Shown here: one piece after another, positions 37,269 through 47,109 of the stretch
How positions within the stretch are numbered: position 1 is the stretch's first letter
How the letters are laid out: each line of letters starts with the position of its first letter
DNA from: Candidatus Latescibacterota bacterium
Lineage (GTDB): Bacteria > Latescibacterota > UBA2968 > UBA8231
DNA: 64,000 nucleotides
NCBI GenBank assembly: GCA_965223905.1
Contig: CBDCXV010000001.1
Location: 1,376,001-1,440,000 of the forward strand
Direction: 5' to 3'
Program-made: the position numbers and the translations under genes
Notes under the pieces: generated by a model
The model's input: only the letters and a program-made list of their open reading frames with translations
Databases searched by the model: none
What the model was told of the DNA's origin: nothing

Positions 37269-38243
37269 ATGACGCAACCAACCCTGCTTTACCTGTCGCG
37301 GGAGGACGTCGAGGCCGTCGACCTGCCGATGGCCGACATCGTCGCCGCCTTGGAGGAGATGTTCCGGGAAAAGGGGCAGGGCAACGTCGAGATGCCGCCG
37401 AAACCCGGCATCCATACCCGGCCCGACGCCTTCATCCACGCCATGCCGGCGTACATCCCCAGCCTGGAGGCGGCCGGCATGAAGTGGGTCTCCGGGTACC
37501 CCGGGAACCAGGCGCGCGGCCTGCCCTACATCACCGGCCTGCTGGTGCTCAACGATCCCCTGACCGGGATTCCCCTCGCCGTCATGGACGCCACCTGGAT
37601 CACGGCGATGCGCACCGGCGCCGCCACCGCCCTCGCCGCCCGCTACCTGGCGCGCCCGGACAGCTCGACCGTCGCCGTTCTCGGCTGCGGCGTCCAAGGC
37701 CGCAGCAACGCCCACGCCCTCGCCACCCTGTTCGAGCTGAAGAAGGTGCGCGCCTTCGACCCCCACCCGGAGCGGGTGAGGGAGTACGCCCGCGACATTC
37801 AGGACCAGCTTGGCTTGGAGGTCGTGCCGGCTGCGGATCCGCGCGATGCCCTGCAGGGGGCGGACCTCGTCGTCACCGCGGGCCCGATACTCAAGAACCC
37901 CGACCCCGCCATCGCCGCGGACTGGCTCGAGCCGGGGGGCTTCGCCAGCGCCGTCGACTTCGATTCCTATTGGCAAGGAGCGGCCCTGGAGCAGGCGGAC
38001 AAGATCGCCACCGACGACCTCGCCCAGATGGAGTACTACCGGGGAGAAGGGTACTTCGGGCAGACGCCGCCGGCCTACGCCGACATGGGGGAGCTCGCCG
38101 CCGGCCTCAAGCCGGGCCGGGAGAGGGAGGACGAGCGTATCATCGCCATGAACCTCGGCATCGCCCTGGAGGACATGGCTGCCGGCATCCGTGTTTACCG
38201 CGCAGCGGTCGAGGGCGGAATCGGGACCCGGCTGCCGCTGTGA
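37269..38243 (+). CDS. Ornithine cyclodeaminase / mu-crystallin family
   Basis: HAMPAY, GMKWV, TAMRTGAA, GCGVQG, GIALEDMA. Confidence 0.92.
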   Translation: MTQPTLLYLSREDVEAVDLPMADIVAALEEMFREKGQGNVEMPPKPGIHTRPDAFIHAMPAYIPSLEAAGMKWVSGYPGNQARGLPYITGLLVLNDPLTGIPLAVMDATWITAMRTGAATALAARYLARPDSSTVAVLGCGVQGRSNAHALATLFELKKVRAFDPHPERVREYARDIQDQLGLEVVPAADPRDALQGADLVVTAGPILKNPDPAIAADWLEPGGFASAVDFDSYWQGAALEQADKIATDDLAQMEYYRGEGYFGQTPPAYADMGELAAGLKPGREREDERIIAMNLGIALEDMAAGIRVYRAAVEGGIGTRLPL

Positions 38244-38836
38244 CCGATTCCGGGACAGAGCGGGTCTTCTCCAGTCGCCAAGAGTCGCCTCTCGCGGCTC
38301 TGTCTGGGGAAATCATCCGGCAGAGCGGGGACCGGACAAAATCTCGTTGCATGGGTACGAAAGGGTGATTTCCTTGAGTGAAGAAGCAACTTCCATTCCC
38401 CCGAACGCCTTATGACAAAGCCCATCGAGACATTCCAGGCGCTTTTACGCGAGTTGTTCCAATTCGACTGCGCCGACCTGGACTTCGGCATCTACCGCAT
38501 CATGAATCACAAGCGGGATGTAATCGAGCGGTTTATCGTCGAAGATCTGCCCAAGGCCGCTGCCGAGGCACTGGATAGCGGCGCAATGGCCGAGCAGTCC
38601 CGCGTTGCAGAGGAGCTGCTGGAAGTTCGGCAGCAGATTTCAAAGAATCTGGGTACAGACGCCGTTGATGCCGACGGGAAGTTGGCAGAGACGTATCGCA
38701 ACACGCCGCTAGGTGAGAAATACCTCGAGTTGAAGGAGAATTCCGGGGGCAGTCGAGGCCGCGACGCCCTCGAGGCCGAGATTCCAGAGACCTTCAACTA
38801 CCTGATCGGCCTGCGCGTCGAGACGCGGCGCGTATA

Positions 38837-40385
38837 CCCTCTGGTTGCATAAAAACAGGGCTTTTTTCTTCTCCGGAGTGCACCTTGTCACTTGCGGCGC
38901 CCTCTGAAAAAGGGGGTATTTGATACGGTCACCCATGACCTGTATCGACCCCTTCCAGGAGGACACCGCAAGTGAGGTTCAGAAAACAAGACATTTTGGC
39001 CCGTTTTCACAAGCTCCCGCGTCTTCGCTTCGAAGATCAACGGCTTACTTCCTTTGCGGGAGTGATCGTTTTTCAACTGCTCTTTCGGCGCTTGGATCTA
39101 AAGACTCGACTGAAGTCCTGCTTCCCCGCCAAAAGCGCAGCGACCTTTGCTCCCCATGTCATTGTGTTGTTGCTCATCGTGCATCTGTTGCTGGGCTTCC
39201 GGCGGCTGCGGGACGTGGACTATTACCGGGACGATCCGGTGGTCCTGCGTTTGTTGGGCTTACGTCGCCTGCCGGATGTGGCCACCCTCAGTCGCGCGCT
39301 GGCAAAAATGGGCCATTCAAGTATCGCAAAAGTGCGACACCTGTCTTCGACCCTGGTCATGCAAGCGCTCCAGCGTGAGCGCTTCCCCCGTCTGACTCTC
39401 GACTTCGACGGCTCGGTGATCTCCACCTGTGGTCATGCCGAAGGGACCGCCGTTGGCTATAATCCGAAAAAGAAGGGGGCGCGCAGCTACTACAACCTGT
39501 TCTGCACGGTGGCGCAAACCGGACAGTTTCTGGATGTCCTTCACCGGCCCGGCAACGTCCATGACAGCAAGGACGCCCATGCGTTCATGATGGACGCCTT
39601 CGATCGCGTGCGCGACGCCTTGGCGCCCACCGTGCTCGAGTCGCGACTGGACAGCGCCTTCTTCAGCCAAAACACGCTCACTCTCATGGACCTGTATGGC
39701 GTCGGATGCACGATCAGTGTCCCTTTCGAACGCTTTCCCGTACTCAAGGACCAGATCGAAGCGCGCCAGCGCTGGCGCTACCTCGATGAGCACTGCTCCT
39801 ATTTCGAGAGTGACTGGAAACCGGAAAGCTGGCCGGCCTGCTACCGGTTTCTGTTTGTGCGCCGTGCGGTGCCGCGTCAGACCAAGCAAGCGCTGCAACT
39901 GGATCTGTTCGAACCCCGGCACATCGATCACGAGTACCGCGTTGTGGTTACCAACAAGATGAACTCGCCACGCAGCGTGCTCCTCTTCCACTATGGCCGC
40001 GGCGCCCAGGAAGGGATCTTCGCCGAGGCCAAGCAACAGGCCGGGCTGGATCTGATCCCCACCCGACGGTTGCTCGGCAACCAGATGGTTACTTTGTGTG
40101 CGATGATGGCCCACAATCTGGGACGCGAAATGCAGATGCTGGCGCAGCCGCGATCGAACTATTCGCGCGCCAAACGGCCGGCGGCGTGGACCTTCCAAAC
40201 CTTGGACACGCTGCGTCATCGCTTCATTCAACGCGCCGGGCGCCTCACTCAGCCCAAGGGCGAGTTGACCCTGACCCTGAACTCCAATCCAAAAGTCGAG
40301 AAAGATCTGTTGCATTTCCTCGAAATCCTGAAGGAAGCCGCCTGATCACAACCACCGCTTCAAACAGATTTATGCAACGTTAGGG
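38837..40385 (+). mobile_element. IS1380-family insertion sequence
   Basis: Terminal IRs CCCTCTGGTTGCATAAA and CCCTAACGTTGCATAAA (14/17 match); 4-bp target duplication TATA at 38833-38836 and 40386-40389. Confidence 0.92.
38972..40345 (+). CDS. IS1380-family DDE transposase
   Basis: LTSFAG, TLDFDGS, GYNP, RPGN, RLDSAF, YGRGAQEGIFAEAK. Confidence 0.92.
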   Translation: MRFRKQDILARFHKLPRLRFEDQRLTSFAGVIVFQLLFRRLDLKTRLKSCFPAKSAATFAPHVIVLLLIVHLLLGFRRLRDVDYYRDDPVVLRLLGLRRLPDVATLSRALAKMGHSSIAKVRHLSSTLVMQALQRERFPRLTLDFDGSVISTCGHAEGTAVGYNPKKKGARSYYNLFCTVAQTGQFLDVLHRPGNVHDSKDAHAFMMDAFDRVRDALAPTVLESRLDSAFFSQNTLTLMDLYGVGCTISVPFERFPVLKDQIEARQRWRYLDEHCSYFESDWKPESWPACYRFLFVRRAVPRQTKQALQLDLFEPRHIDHEYRVVVTNKMNSPRSVLLFHYGRGAQEGIFAEAKQQAGLDLIPTRRLLGNQMVTLCAMMAHNLGREMQMLAQPRSNYSRAKRPAAWTFQTLDTLRHRFIQRAGRLTQPKGELTLTLNSNPKVEKDLLHFLEILKEAA

Positions 40386-40678
40386 TATATAACGACGACG
40401 ACCGGCGCTACCTGGTTTATCGCGGCTGGATTGACCAGCGGCGGGTCGCCGTTATCTGGCGGGAAACCGAAGGTTGGGGCAAGGCCGCTCTCGTGCGCGA
40501 CAAGGAATTCGCGGCAGAGCGGCAATTGACTACTGGCGCGGACGAGGTCTACGTCAATGGAGATTCCTTCATCCGCGAAGCCAAGGCTCTGGAGCCGATG
40601 TTCAAGCGACGAATGTTCGCAGAGACGCAGGCATAAGAAGGACTCACACGACGATACTGAGGATTGCAGGAACATACC

Positions 40679-41059
40679 ATGAACAACACCATTGAAGAAA
40701 CGACTGTTGGACGCTATCGCCGAAGTCCCGGTGGAAGCAAAGATAAAACGGCTTGCTCAGTCATAGATAAATTTGTCGGCAACATTGTAAAAAGTGTAAA
40801 CCCTCTGCAAATAATCCTCTTTGGCTCGGCCGCCAGAGGAGACGCAGGAGAGCATAGCGACATCGATCTCCTTGTAGTCATGCCAGAGGGTGTTCACCGA
40901 CGGCGAACGGCGCAGAAGCTGTATCGGGAAATTACAGGTTTGGGCGTGCCTTTTGATATTGTAGTAGCAACCCCTCAGGATTTGGAAAAGCACAAGGATA
41001 ATAGGGGCTTGATCTATAAAAGTGCTTTAAAGGAAGGTATAGAGATTTATGGGCACTGA
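40679..41059 (+). CDS. Minimal nucleotidyltransferase (MNT) antitoxin
   Basis: ILFGSAARG, SDIDLLVV; lower GC than the flanks. Confidence 0.88.
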   Translation: MNNTIEETTVGRYRRSPGGSKDKTACSVIDKFVGNIVKSVNPLQIILFGSAARGDAGEHSDIDLLVVMPEGVHRRRTAQKLYREITGLGVPFDIVVATPQDLEKHKDNRGLIYKSALKEGIEIYGH

Positions 41060-41447
41060 ACCTCGTGTTCCAGGTAGCGCTGAGGATTGGCTTCGTTACG
41101 CCAAGAGCGACTTGGAGCTTGGCCGCATAGAAAAACCGGAAGGTGTCTTGCTGGAGAATCTATGTTTCCATGCCCAGCAAGCTGCCGAAAAGACACTGAA
41201 AGCAGTTTTGATATTTCTTGAAATTGATTTTCCCAGAACACACAATATCAGAACATTGCTCGATCTCTTGCCCGAAGGTGTCGGTGTTCCTCCGGAGGTA
41301 GAAGAAAGTGCAGCCCTGACAGACTATGCTGTTGAATCTCGATATCCCAGGAGTAATGAACCCGTCGATGACGAAGAATACCGGCAGGTTATTGGTCTCG
41401 CCGGAGTAGTCGTGAGTTGGGCCGAAAGGTTGATTTACGAAAATTGA
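41049..41447 (+). CDS. HEPN domain protein
   Basis: CFHAQQAAEKTLKA, PRTHNI, SRYP; overlaps the MNT gene. Confidence 0.88.
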   Translation: MGTEPRVPGSAEDWLRYAKSDLELGRIEKPEGVLLENLCFHAQQAAEKTLKAVLIFLEIDFPRTHNIRTLLDLLPEGVGVPPEVEESAALTDYAVESRYPRSNEPVDDEEYRQVIGLAGVVVSWAERLIYEN

Positions 41448-41498
41448 CCATGAGCAACGTCATTGAAGGAATGACACATTGCTTGCAGGGGTAGCGCC

Positions 41499-41741
41499 AT
41501 GAGCGCGAGAATCGACATGCCCAAAGAAGAGATCGCCGCCTTCTGCCTGCGCCACCACATCCGCCGCATGGCCCTGTTCGGCTCGGTGCTGCGCGACGAC
41601 TTCACGCCTGAAAGCGACGTGGATGTACTCGTGGACTTCGAGCCGGGTCAGACACCAGGATTGGAGTTCATCACCATGCAAGACGAGCTGTCCGGGATAC
41701 TCGGCCGGCAAATGGAATCGTCTATCAGGAACGACTCGTAG
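41499..41741 (+). pseudogene. Second MNT nucleotidyltransferase, 3'-truncated
   Basis: LFGSVLRDDFTPESDVDVLVDF...LSGILGRQ, then runs into antisense caspase sequence at about 41712; no partner gene. Confidence 0.75.
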
Positions 41742-42232
41742 CGCCGCCCTCCCTTGAGCCGGGTGATGGCGCCCGATGCGCAGGCGTCCAATACCGTGAT
41801 GTGGACGTCGGCGGGGATCGACTCCATTTCGCGGCGCAGCTGCTGGTAGGCGAAGCGCTCGTCTCCCAGCAGCAGCCCCTTCTCGTCGGCGTGGCCGGAG
41901 TAGTACAACACCACCTCCGTCCGTCCCTGTTGAGCGGCGCCGTCCACCCTTTCCCGCACCTCCCTCAGCGCCCGGTTCAACTGGTCGCGGCTGGGCTCCC
42001 GCAGCAGAGTGCGGTCTCCCGCTTCCACTCCTCCCATTTCCTCCAGCACCTTCGCGAAGTTCTCCCCGTCCGTCACCGCGTAGCGCAGGGGCACGCGATC
42101 GCTGCCGCCGTAGTTGGCGCCGGCGATAACGACGAACCGCCGCAAGGTGCCCGCGGACGCCGCCGCGGCCAGGGCTCCATCGGCGGCGCACAGCGCCCCC
42201 GCCAGAAACAGAACGGCAGCTCTCTTATTCAA
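41648..42232 (-). pseudogene. Exported caspase-like (peptidase C14) protein, 3'-truncated
   Basis: Signal peptide, LRYAVTDG, YYSGHA (His), LDACASG (Cys); homology ends at about 41712. Confidence 0.75.
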
Positions 42233-43091
42233 TGTCCGGTCCTTTGCTGAGCGTGATCATGAACTGGCTGAGACGCCGGGGGAGGTTCAGGGAATCGAGG
42301 TCCGCCGGCTTCGATTCCGTACCGGTCCGGTCTCTGACCCGAGACGCGCCTTCGACCGCCGAGGCCGCGACCTTCCCCAGCTGAAACGGCGAATCCGCGG
42401 TGATGAAGTAGAAGCGTTCGAACTCGGGAGCCTCATCCAGCTCGTAGGCGAACTCAAGCGGCACTCTGCCCTCCTGCAGCCTCGCCGCCTCGCCGCCGTC
42501 CGGCGGCAAGTGCCAGGTGAGGCTGCCCCGCCCATCGATGGAAAGAATCGCACCGTAACCGCGTCCGCCGGACCAGTACACGATTTGAACGACGTCGCCG
42601 GGCCGGACTTCCTGGCGGTCCTGCAACCTTTCGCTTCCCGAAATCCCTTCACCTTGCATCGAAGTTTTGCGATACAGCATCAGCTGCGGCTCCATGCCCT
42701 TGATCCGCACCTGCGCACCGGAACCCGCAGGCCTGGTTGCCGCATCGTCGATCACCTGGCGCGCCGGCAGAACCATCAACAGGAAAGCCGCGACCAGGGC
42801 CGGCAGCGGCCAGATCCAGCCGGGAATGCGTGCGAACGACCTCCCTCCACGAGTCCCGCTGACCGCTTCCTTCCGTGACCGCTGCTCGATCCGGCGGCTC
42901 ATCCAGGCCGGCGGGTAGCGTTCGAGTATCTCGGCGCCGGATTGCCCGAGGGCTTCGACGCGCCCCTGAAGTTCCGTGTCCTCGAGCGTCAGGCCGCGGA
43001 TTGCCTCTACCTCCCCGGGAGGCAGCTCTCCGAGCAGGTAGCGCTCGAGCTTCCAGTCCGGGACCGGTCCGCCGGTGTTTTTGCGATTCAT
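42225..43091 (-). CDS. Membrane-anchored anti-sigma-like protein with a DUF4384-like C-terminal domain
   Basis: LERYLLGEL N-terminus, one TM helix, RIKG, AYELDEAPEFERF; coupled to the ECF sigma gene. Confidence 0.65.
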   Translation of the reverse strand: MNRKNTGGPVPDWKLERYLLGELPPGEVEAIRGLTLEDTELQGRVEALGQSGAEILERYPPAWMSRRIEQRSRKEAVSGTRGGRSFARIPGWIWPLPALVAAFLLMVLPARQVIDDAATRPAGSGAQVRIKGMEPQLMLYRKTSMQGEGISGSERLQDRQEVRPGDVVQIVYWSGGRGYGAILSIDGRGSLTWHLPPDGGEAARLQEGRVPLEFAYELDEAPEFERFYFITADSPFQLGKVAASAVEGASRVRDRTGTESKPADLDSLNLPRRLSQFMITLSKGPDIE

Positions 43092-43561
43092 CTCTTCTCC
43101 AGTTCTGCCAGGCTCCGGCGCAGGCTGCGAAGCCGCTTGCGCACCCCCGAGACCGACATGCCGACCTCGCCTGCGACCTCTTCCAGGGTCATCCCGTCGA
43201 CGTAGTGCAGCACGGCGATGACGCGGGTGGATTCCTGATGGCCTCCGAACAACCGCTCCAGCACCGAACGGGCCGTCAGTCTCGGTTCCAGTTCCCCTGC
43301 GTCCGCGATGCGGTCGATGAGTCCGCCGTCCGCGGTTTCCCGCCGCCGCTTTCCGTCCCTGATCCGGTTCAGACACAGGTTGGTGGCCATGCGGTAGAGC
43401 AGGCTCGACGGATAGTCCGCCTTCAGCCGCGACCGCCGCTGCATGAGCAGCACAAAGACGTCCTGCGTGGCATCCATGGCCTGCTCGTCATCCCTGAGAA
43501 GCTGCCTGCATCGCCGCATCACCATGGGCCCGTACTGGCGGTAGAGGTCCTCGATATCCAT
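43088..43561 (-). CDS. ECF RNA polymerase sigma factor
   Basis: LYRQYGPMV, DATQDVF, LYRMATNLCLN, GMTLEEVAGEVGMS; possible upstream start at 43606. Confidence 0.9.
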   Translation of the reverse strand: MDIEDLYRQYGPMVMRRCRQLLRDDEQAMDATQDVFVLLMQRRSRLKADYPSSLLYRMATNLCLNRIRDGKRRRETADGGLIDRIADAGELEPRLTARSVLERLFGGHQESTRVIAVLHYVDGMTLEEVAGEVGMSVSGVRKRLRSLRRSLAELEKR

Positions 43562-43841
43562 GCCGGTCTTGCCAGGTTGAACACCTGCCGGGAGGAAATC
43601 CGTCACTTCATTTTTTTTGCGGACGCTGCTGCGAAAAGAAGGGTTGGAGCGAAGCCGGCGTACGCCGGCATGGGAAAACCGGGATGGGTGTGGAAGAAGC
43701 GGGCGTCGTCGACGTGCAGGCTCCCGGCCGGGCAGCCGGGCGGAGGATTCGAGCCGCTCTCCGGGGCGTGCGGGAGATCCAGTCTACGGGCGGGGGGATG
43801 TTGCCGCCCTCATTGTATGATCGGAGGTGCCATACAAGATC

Positions 43842-46151
43842 TCAGCCGCTATCCACGTTCGCAAAGAAACCAGCAACGTCACCTGCCGTCCGAAAGAACT
43901 TTCGGAAAGTTCGCGCTTCGTCCAGCAGGACGCGAAGCCTTTGGGCGCATCCCGACACATCGGCCACTACACAGCGCTCGAACCGAACCGTTCCGCCCTC
44001 TTCGCGCTTGGCCCGGACCCCCATCGCCGGCAGCACCCCCAGCCCGCATGCTACCGTGCGCTCACTGTGCGCCATGGCGCCGGCCAGTTCGGCGATCGAG
44101 CTGCAACCGTTGTATTCGGCGATGGCATACTTGACCAGCCCCCCCAGCCGTCGCGTGAAAGTTTCGTAGGTGTCGACTCCGGGATCCTTCGCGAACACGT
44201 AGACCTGCTCGGGCTTCACCCTCGCCAATACGCCGGCCACCTCGGCCTGGCCGGGGGGCGAGCTCCAGACGACGAGGGTCTCACCCGGCTTCAGCTCCGC
44301 GCGCGGCTTCGCCCCCGAATGGGGGATCCCCTCACTCCAGACCTGCGCCCCGGATCGCTCGGCCGCGATCTCGGCGAGCCGGTCCTCCGGCGCCGGCTCC
44401 GCCCGGCAGTCGATGACGGCGACTGCCCGGCCAACACTCTCCCCGGCAGCGGCCAGGCCTGATCGCTGAAAATCCTGAAGAGTGATCGACAGGGTCTGCT
44501 TTTCTCGAAAGAACCCCGGCCTGATACGCACAACCATGTCGATTCTTCCGTTTGGCAACGTTTTATCGGCACTGCTCCACCAAAGGACCTCTGCCTGTTG
44601 CCCCGCGACATCGCTGACCGTCAGTTTCCGGTGCGCCTGGTCCTTGCCGATCGGCCGGTCTTCCTCCACCTGCAGACCGCGGCACAGAATGTTGACGGGG
44701 GGATTCCCGGGGCCGAACGGGGCCAGCGCCTCGAGCTCCAGGGCGCTGTCGAGGGTGAGCTCCCGCAGCGGCAGCTCGAGCTCGATGTCGAGGGTCGGCT
44801 CGGGGGCACGACCCGTGCGCTGGTCGACGAGAGCCTTGGAGACGCCGCGCCTGAACGCCTCGATGTTCGCCGCTTCCATCGACAGCCCCGCCGCCATCGG
44901 ATGTCCCCCGAATCCCAGCAGCATGCCGGACTGCGTCGCGATCGCCCGGGTGATGTGGTACCCCTCGACCGAGCGCGCCGACCCGCGCGCCGGCTTTCCC
45001 TCCGGCGAGGCCAGCATGATGGTCGGCTTGCCGAACTCCTCGACCAGCCGGCTGGCGACGATGCCGATGACGCCTTCGTGCCACAGCGGATTCGATAACA
45101 CCAGCGCCGCATACTGCAGCAGCGAAGGTTCCCGGTGCAGGTGCTCCACCGCCGACTCGTAGACGACGGCGGTCTCGAACTTGCGGTCCTCGTTCAGGCG
45201 CTCCAGCTGTTCGGCGATCCCTTTCGCCTGGTCCTCGTCCGCCGTCGTCAGCAGCGGCACCGAGACGTTGGCGTCGGCAAGCCGCCCCACCGCGTTGAGT
45301 CGCGGAGCGAGCTGGAAACTGATGTCTTCGTCGTGGACCAGAGCCTGTTCGACCCCGGCCATGTGGATGAGCTTCAGCAACCCCGGCCGCTGCGTCCTCC
45401 GCAGCACCTCGAGCCCGCGCTGCAGAAGGTAGCGCGTGTCCGCCCTCTGCTGCGCCAGATCGGCGACGATGCCGACCGCCACCAGGTCCAGGCAGTCGTC
45501 CAGCTCGGCCTCGCGTCCGGCCCGGGTGAAGAGCGCCTCGATGACTTTGTAGGCCACGCCCACCCCGGGAAGGCCGCTCAACGGGTGGTCCCCATCGTGA
45601 AACTTCGGATTGATCAAGGCGAGGGCATCGGGTAGCAGCTCGGGCAGATCGTGGTGGTCGGTAATGACGACGTCGATGCCCGCTTCACGGGCGAGTGCTG
45701 TCCCTTCGACCGCGGCGATCCCGGTGTCGCAGGTCAGCAGCAGTCCTCCAAAGCCCTTTTCGATGCAGCGATTCAGGACCTGCGGCAGGATGCCGTGCGA
45801 CTCGTGCTCGCGGATCGGAATGTGGTAGGAGACCTGCGCCCCGAGCCGTTCCAGCATGGAGACGAACAGGGCCGTCGAGGTCTGCCCGTCGACGTCGAAG
45901 TCACCCCAGACCAGGATGCGCTCCCTGTCGCGAATCGCCCTCTCGATGCGTTCGACCCCGCGCTCGAGGTCGTGCAGGGTCTCCGGCGCGGCCGGGCCAT
46001 AGGCATCCGGGTCGAGGAATCGCCGCGCTTCTTCGGGGTCGTCGATGCCGCGCCCGGCCAGAATCCGGGCTGCCAGGCGTCGTCCCGCGGTCGCGTCGAG
46101 CAGGGCCTGTGAGACATCGACGGCAGTGACTGAATTCCACGTGAGGTTCAT
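43842..46151 (-). CDS. recJ: Single-stranded-DNA exonuclease RecJ with C-terminal extension
   Basis: GDFDVDG, TCDTG, TDHH, PRLNAVGRL, GSARS, GGHPMAAG, LAPFGPGNP. Confidence 0.93.
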   Translation of the reverse strand: MNLTWNSVTAVDVSQALLDATAGRRLAARILAGRGIDDPEEARRFLDPDAYGPAAPETLHDLERGVERIERAIRDRERILVWGDFDVDGQTSTALFVSMLERLGAQVSYHIPIREHESHGILPQVLNRCIEKGFGGLLLTCDTGIAAVEGTALAREAGIDVVITDHHDLPELLPDALALINPKFHDGDHPLSGLPGVGVAYKVIEALFTRAGREAELDDCLDLVAVGIVADLAQQRADTRYLLQRGLEVLRRTQRPGLLKLIHMAGVEQALVHDEDISFQLAPRLNAVGRLADANVSVPLLTTADEDQAKGIAEQLERLNEDRKFETAVVYESAVEHLHREPSLLQYAALVLSNPLWHEGVIGIVASRLVEEFGKPTIMLASPEGKPARGSARSVEGYHITRAIATQSGMLLGFGGHPMAAGLSMEAANIEAFRRGVSKALVDQRTGRAPEPTLDIELELPLRELTLDSALELEALAPFGPGNPPVNILCRGLQVEEDRPIGKDQAHRKLTVSDVAGQQAEVLWWSSADKTLPNGRIDMVVRIRPGFFREKQTLSITLQDFQRSGLAAAGESVGRAVAVIDCRAEPAPEDRLAEIAAERSGAQVWSEGIPHSGAKPRAELKPGETLVVWSSPPGQAEVAGVLARVKPEQVYVFAKDPGVDTYETFTRRLGGLVKYAIAEYNGCSSIAELAGAMAHSERTVACGLGVLPAMGVRAKREEGGTVRFERCVVADVSGCAQRLRVLLDEARTFRKFFRTAGDVAGFFANVDSG

Positions 46152-46182
46152 GGACGCAAACTTCGGCGGTCAGGTGGTCTGC

Positions 46183-47097
46183 TCAGAACGCGATCGCCTC
46201 GTAGTCGTCGAGATCACCCAACGGAGAAATCGTCTCTTCCTCGCGTTCGAGATTCCCCTCATCCGGCTGACCGGCCACATCGCCGCGGCCGCAGAAGGAC
46301 CGGTAGGCACAGAACGCGCATTTCTTCTCGTCCGCAGTGAGCTCGAACCCGCCACCCCCGGCGCGAGCCTGGATCTCGTCGAGGAGACCGCCCAGGTAGG
46401 TCTCGTCCTCGCTGAACCGGGAGTCGCTGTAGGTGAACACTTCGGGATCGTCCGGGAAATCCGGGTACCAGTAGACCATCTCGATTTCCCCCGGACCCAG
46501 GGACGGGCCCCCGGCGATCCCGGCACCGGCCTGCGCCAGCAGGTACGGATAGACCCGTGTCTGCAGCCGCTCCGCCAGCCACGCCCTCGTATGCCGCCGG
46601 CGCCAGGTCTTCCAGTCGAAGATGCGGGCGCGAGGCGACCCGCCTCCCGTCGCCGGACCGCCAGCCGACTCGCCGTCCCCGATCGCGATCAGATCGCAGG
46701 TCGCCACGAGGGTATGCTCGCCGATCGCTCCGACCAGCCTCTTCTCGGCGAATCGTTTCCCCGGAACGTCCGCCGGCCGCTGCGCCTGGTAGTTCCTCCA
46801 CCAGCGGGCGATGTCCGGGTTGCGTCCGGCATCCGGCTCCGGCACCCGGATTCCCAGCACGTCGCGGTGGATCATCTCGTGGAAACGGCGTCCGTCTGCC
46901 ATGTGGCGCTCGCTCTCCAGCGGCGGCTCGCTCTCCACGGCCGGCCACTTGAGCTGCTCGAGGTAGGTGAGCTCGAAACGCCGCGCGCAATCGACGTAGG
47001 CCTGCAGGCTGTGGGCGCTGAACGACAGCTGGTCCAAGGCGTCAGACCTTCCCCGAAAACCTGGAACGTCAACTGCAGATTTCGTGCCCGACATCAC
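46183..47097 (-). CDS. Stand-alone PD-(D/E)XK nuclease, AddB/Cas4-like with Fe-S cysteines
   Basis: FSAHSLQAYVDC, CDLI, IFDWKT, QTRVY, CAFCAYRSFC. Confidence 0.85.
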   Translation of the reverse strand: MMSGTKSAVDVPGFRGRSDALDQLSFSAHSLQAYVDCARRFELTYLEQLKWPAVESEPPLESERHMADGRRFHEMIHRDVLGIRVPEPDAGRNPDIARWWRNYQAQRPADVPGKRFAEKRLVGAIGEHTLVATCDLIAIGDGESAGGPATGGGSPRARIFDWKTWRRRHTRAWLAERLQTRVYPYLLAQAGAGIAGGPSLGPGEIEMVYWYPDFPDDPEVFTYSDSRFSEDETYLGGLLDEIQARAGGGGFELTADEKKCAFCAYRSFCGRGDVAGQPDEGNLEREEETISPLGDLDDYEAIAF

Positions 47098-47109
47098 GGT
47101 GTTCCTCCA

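Larger units (their letters stand above)
38412..40636 (+). pseudogene. Type III RM Mod-like gene remnant, internally deleted and interrupted by an IS
   Basis: LRELFQFDCADLDFGIYRIMN N-terminus joined directly to IPETFNYLIGL; after the IS the frame resumes YNDDDRRYLV...VYVNGDS...FKRRMF*; no DPPY motif remains. Confidence 0.8.

Noticed and set aside
41453-41484. Imperfect hairpin between HEPN and the second MNT
   Set aside because: No U-tract and no attC consensus; function unsupported.
46183-47097. Cas4 / CRISPR adaptation gene
   Set aside because: Context is helicases and RecJ; no cas1/cas2 or array.
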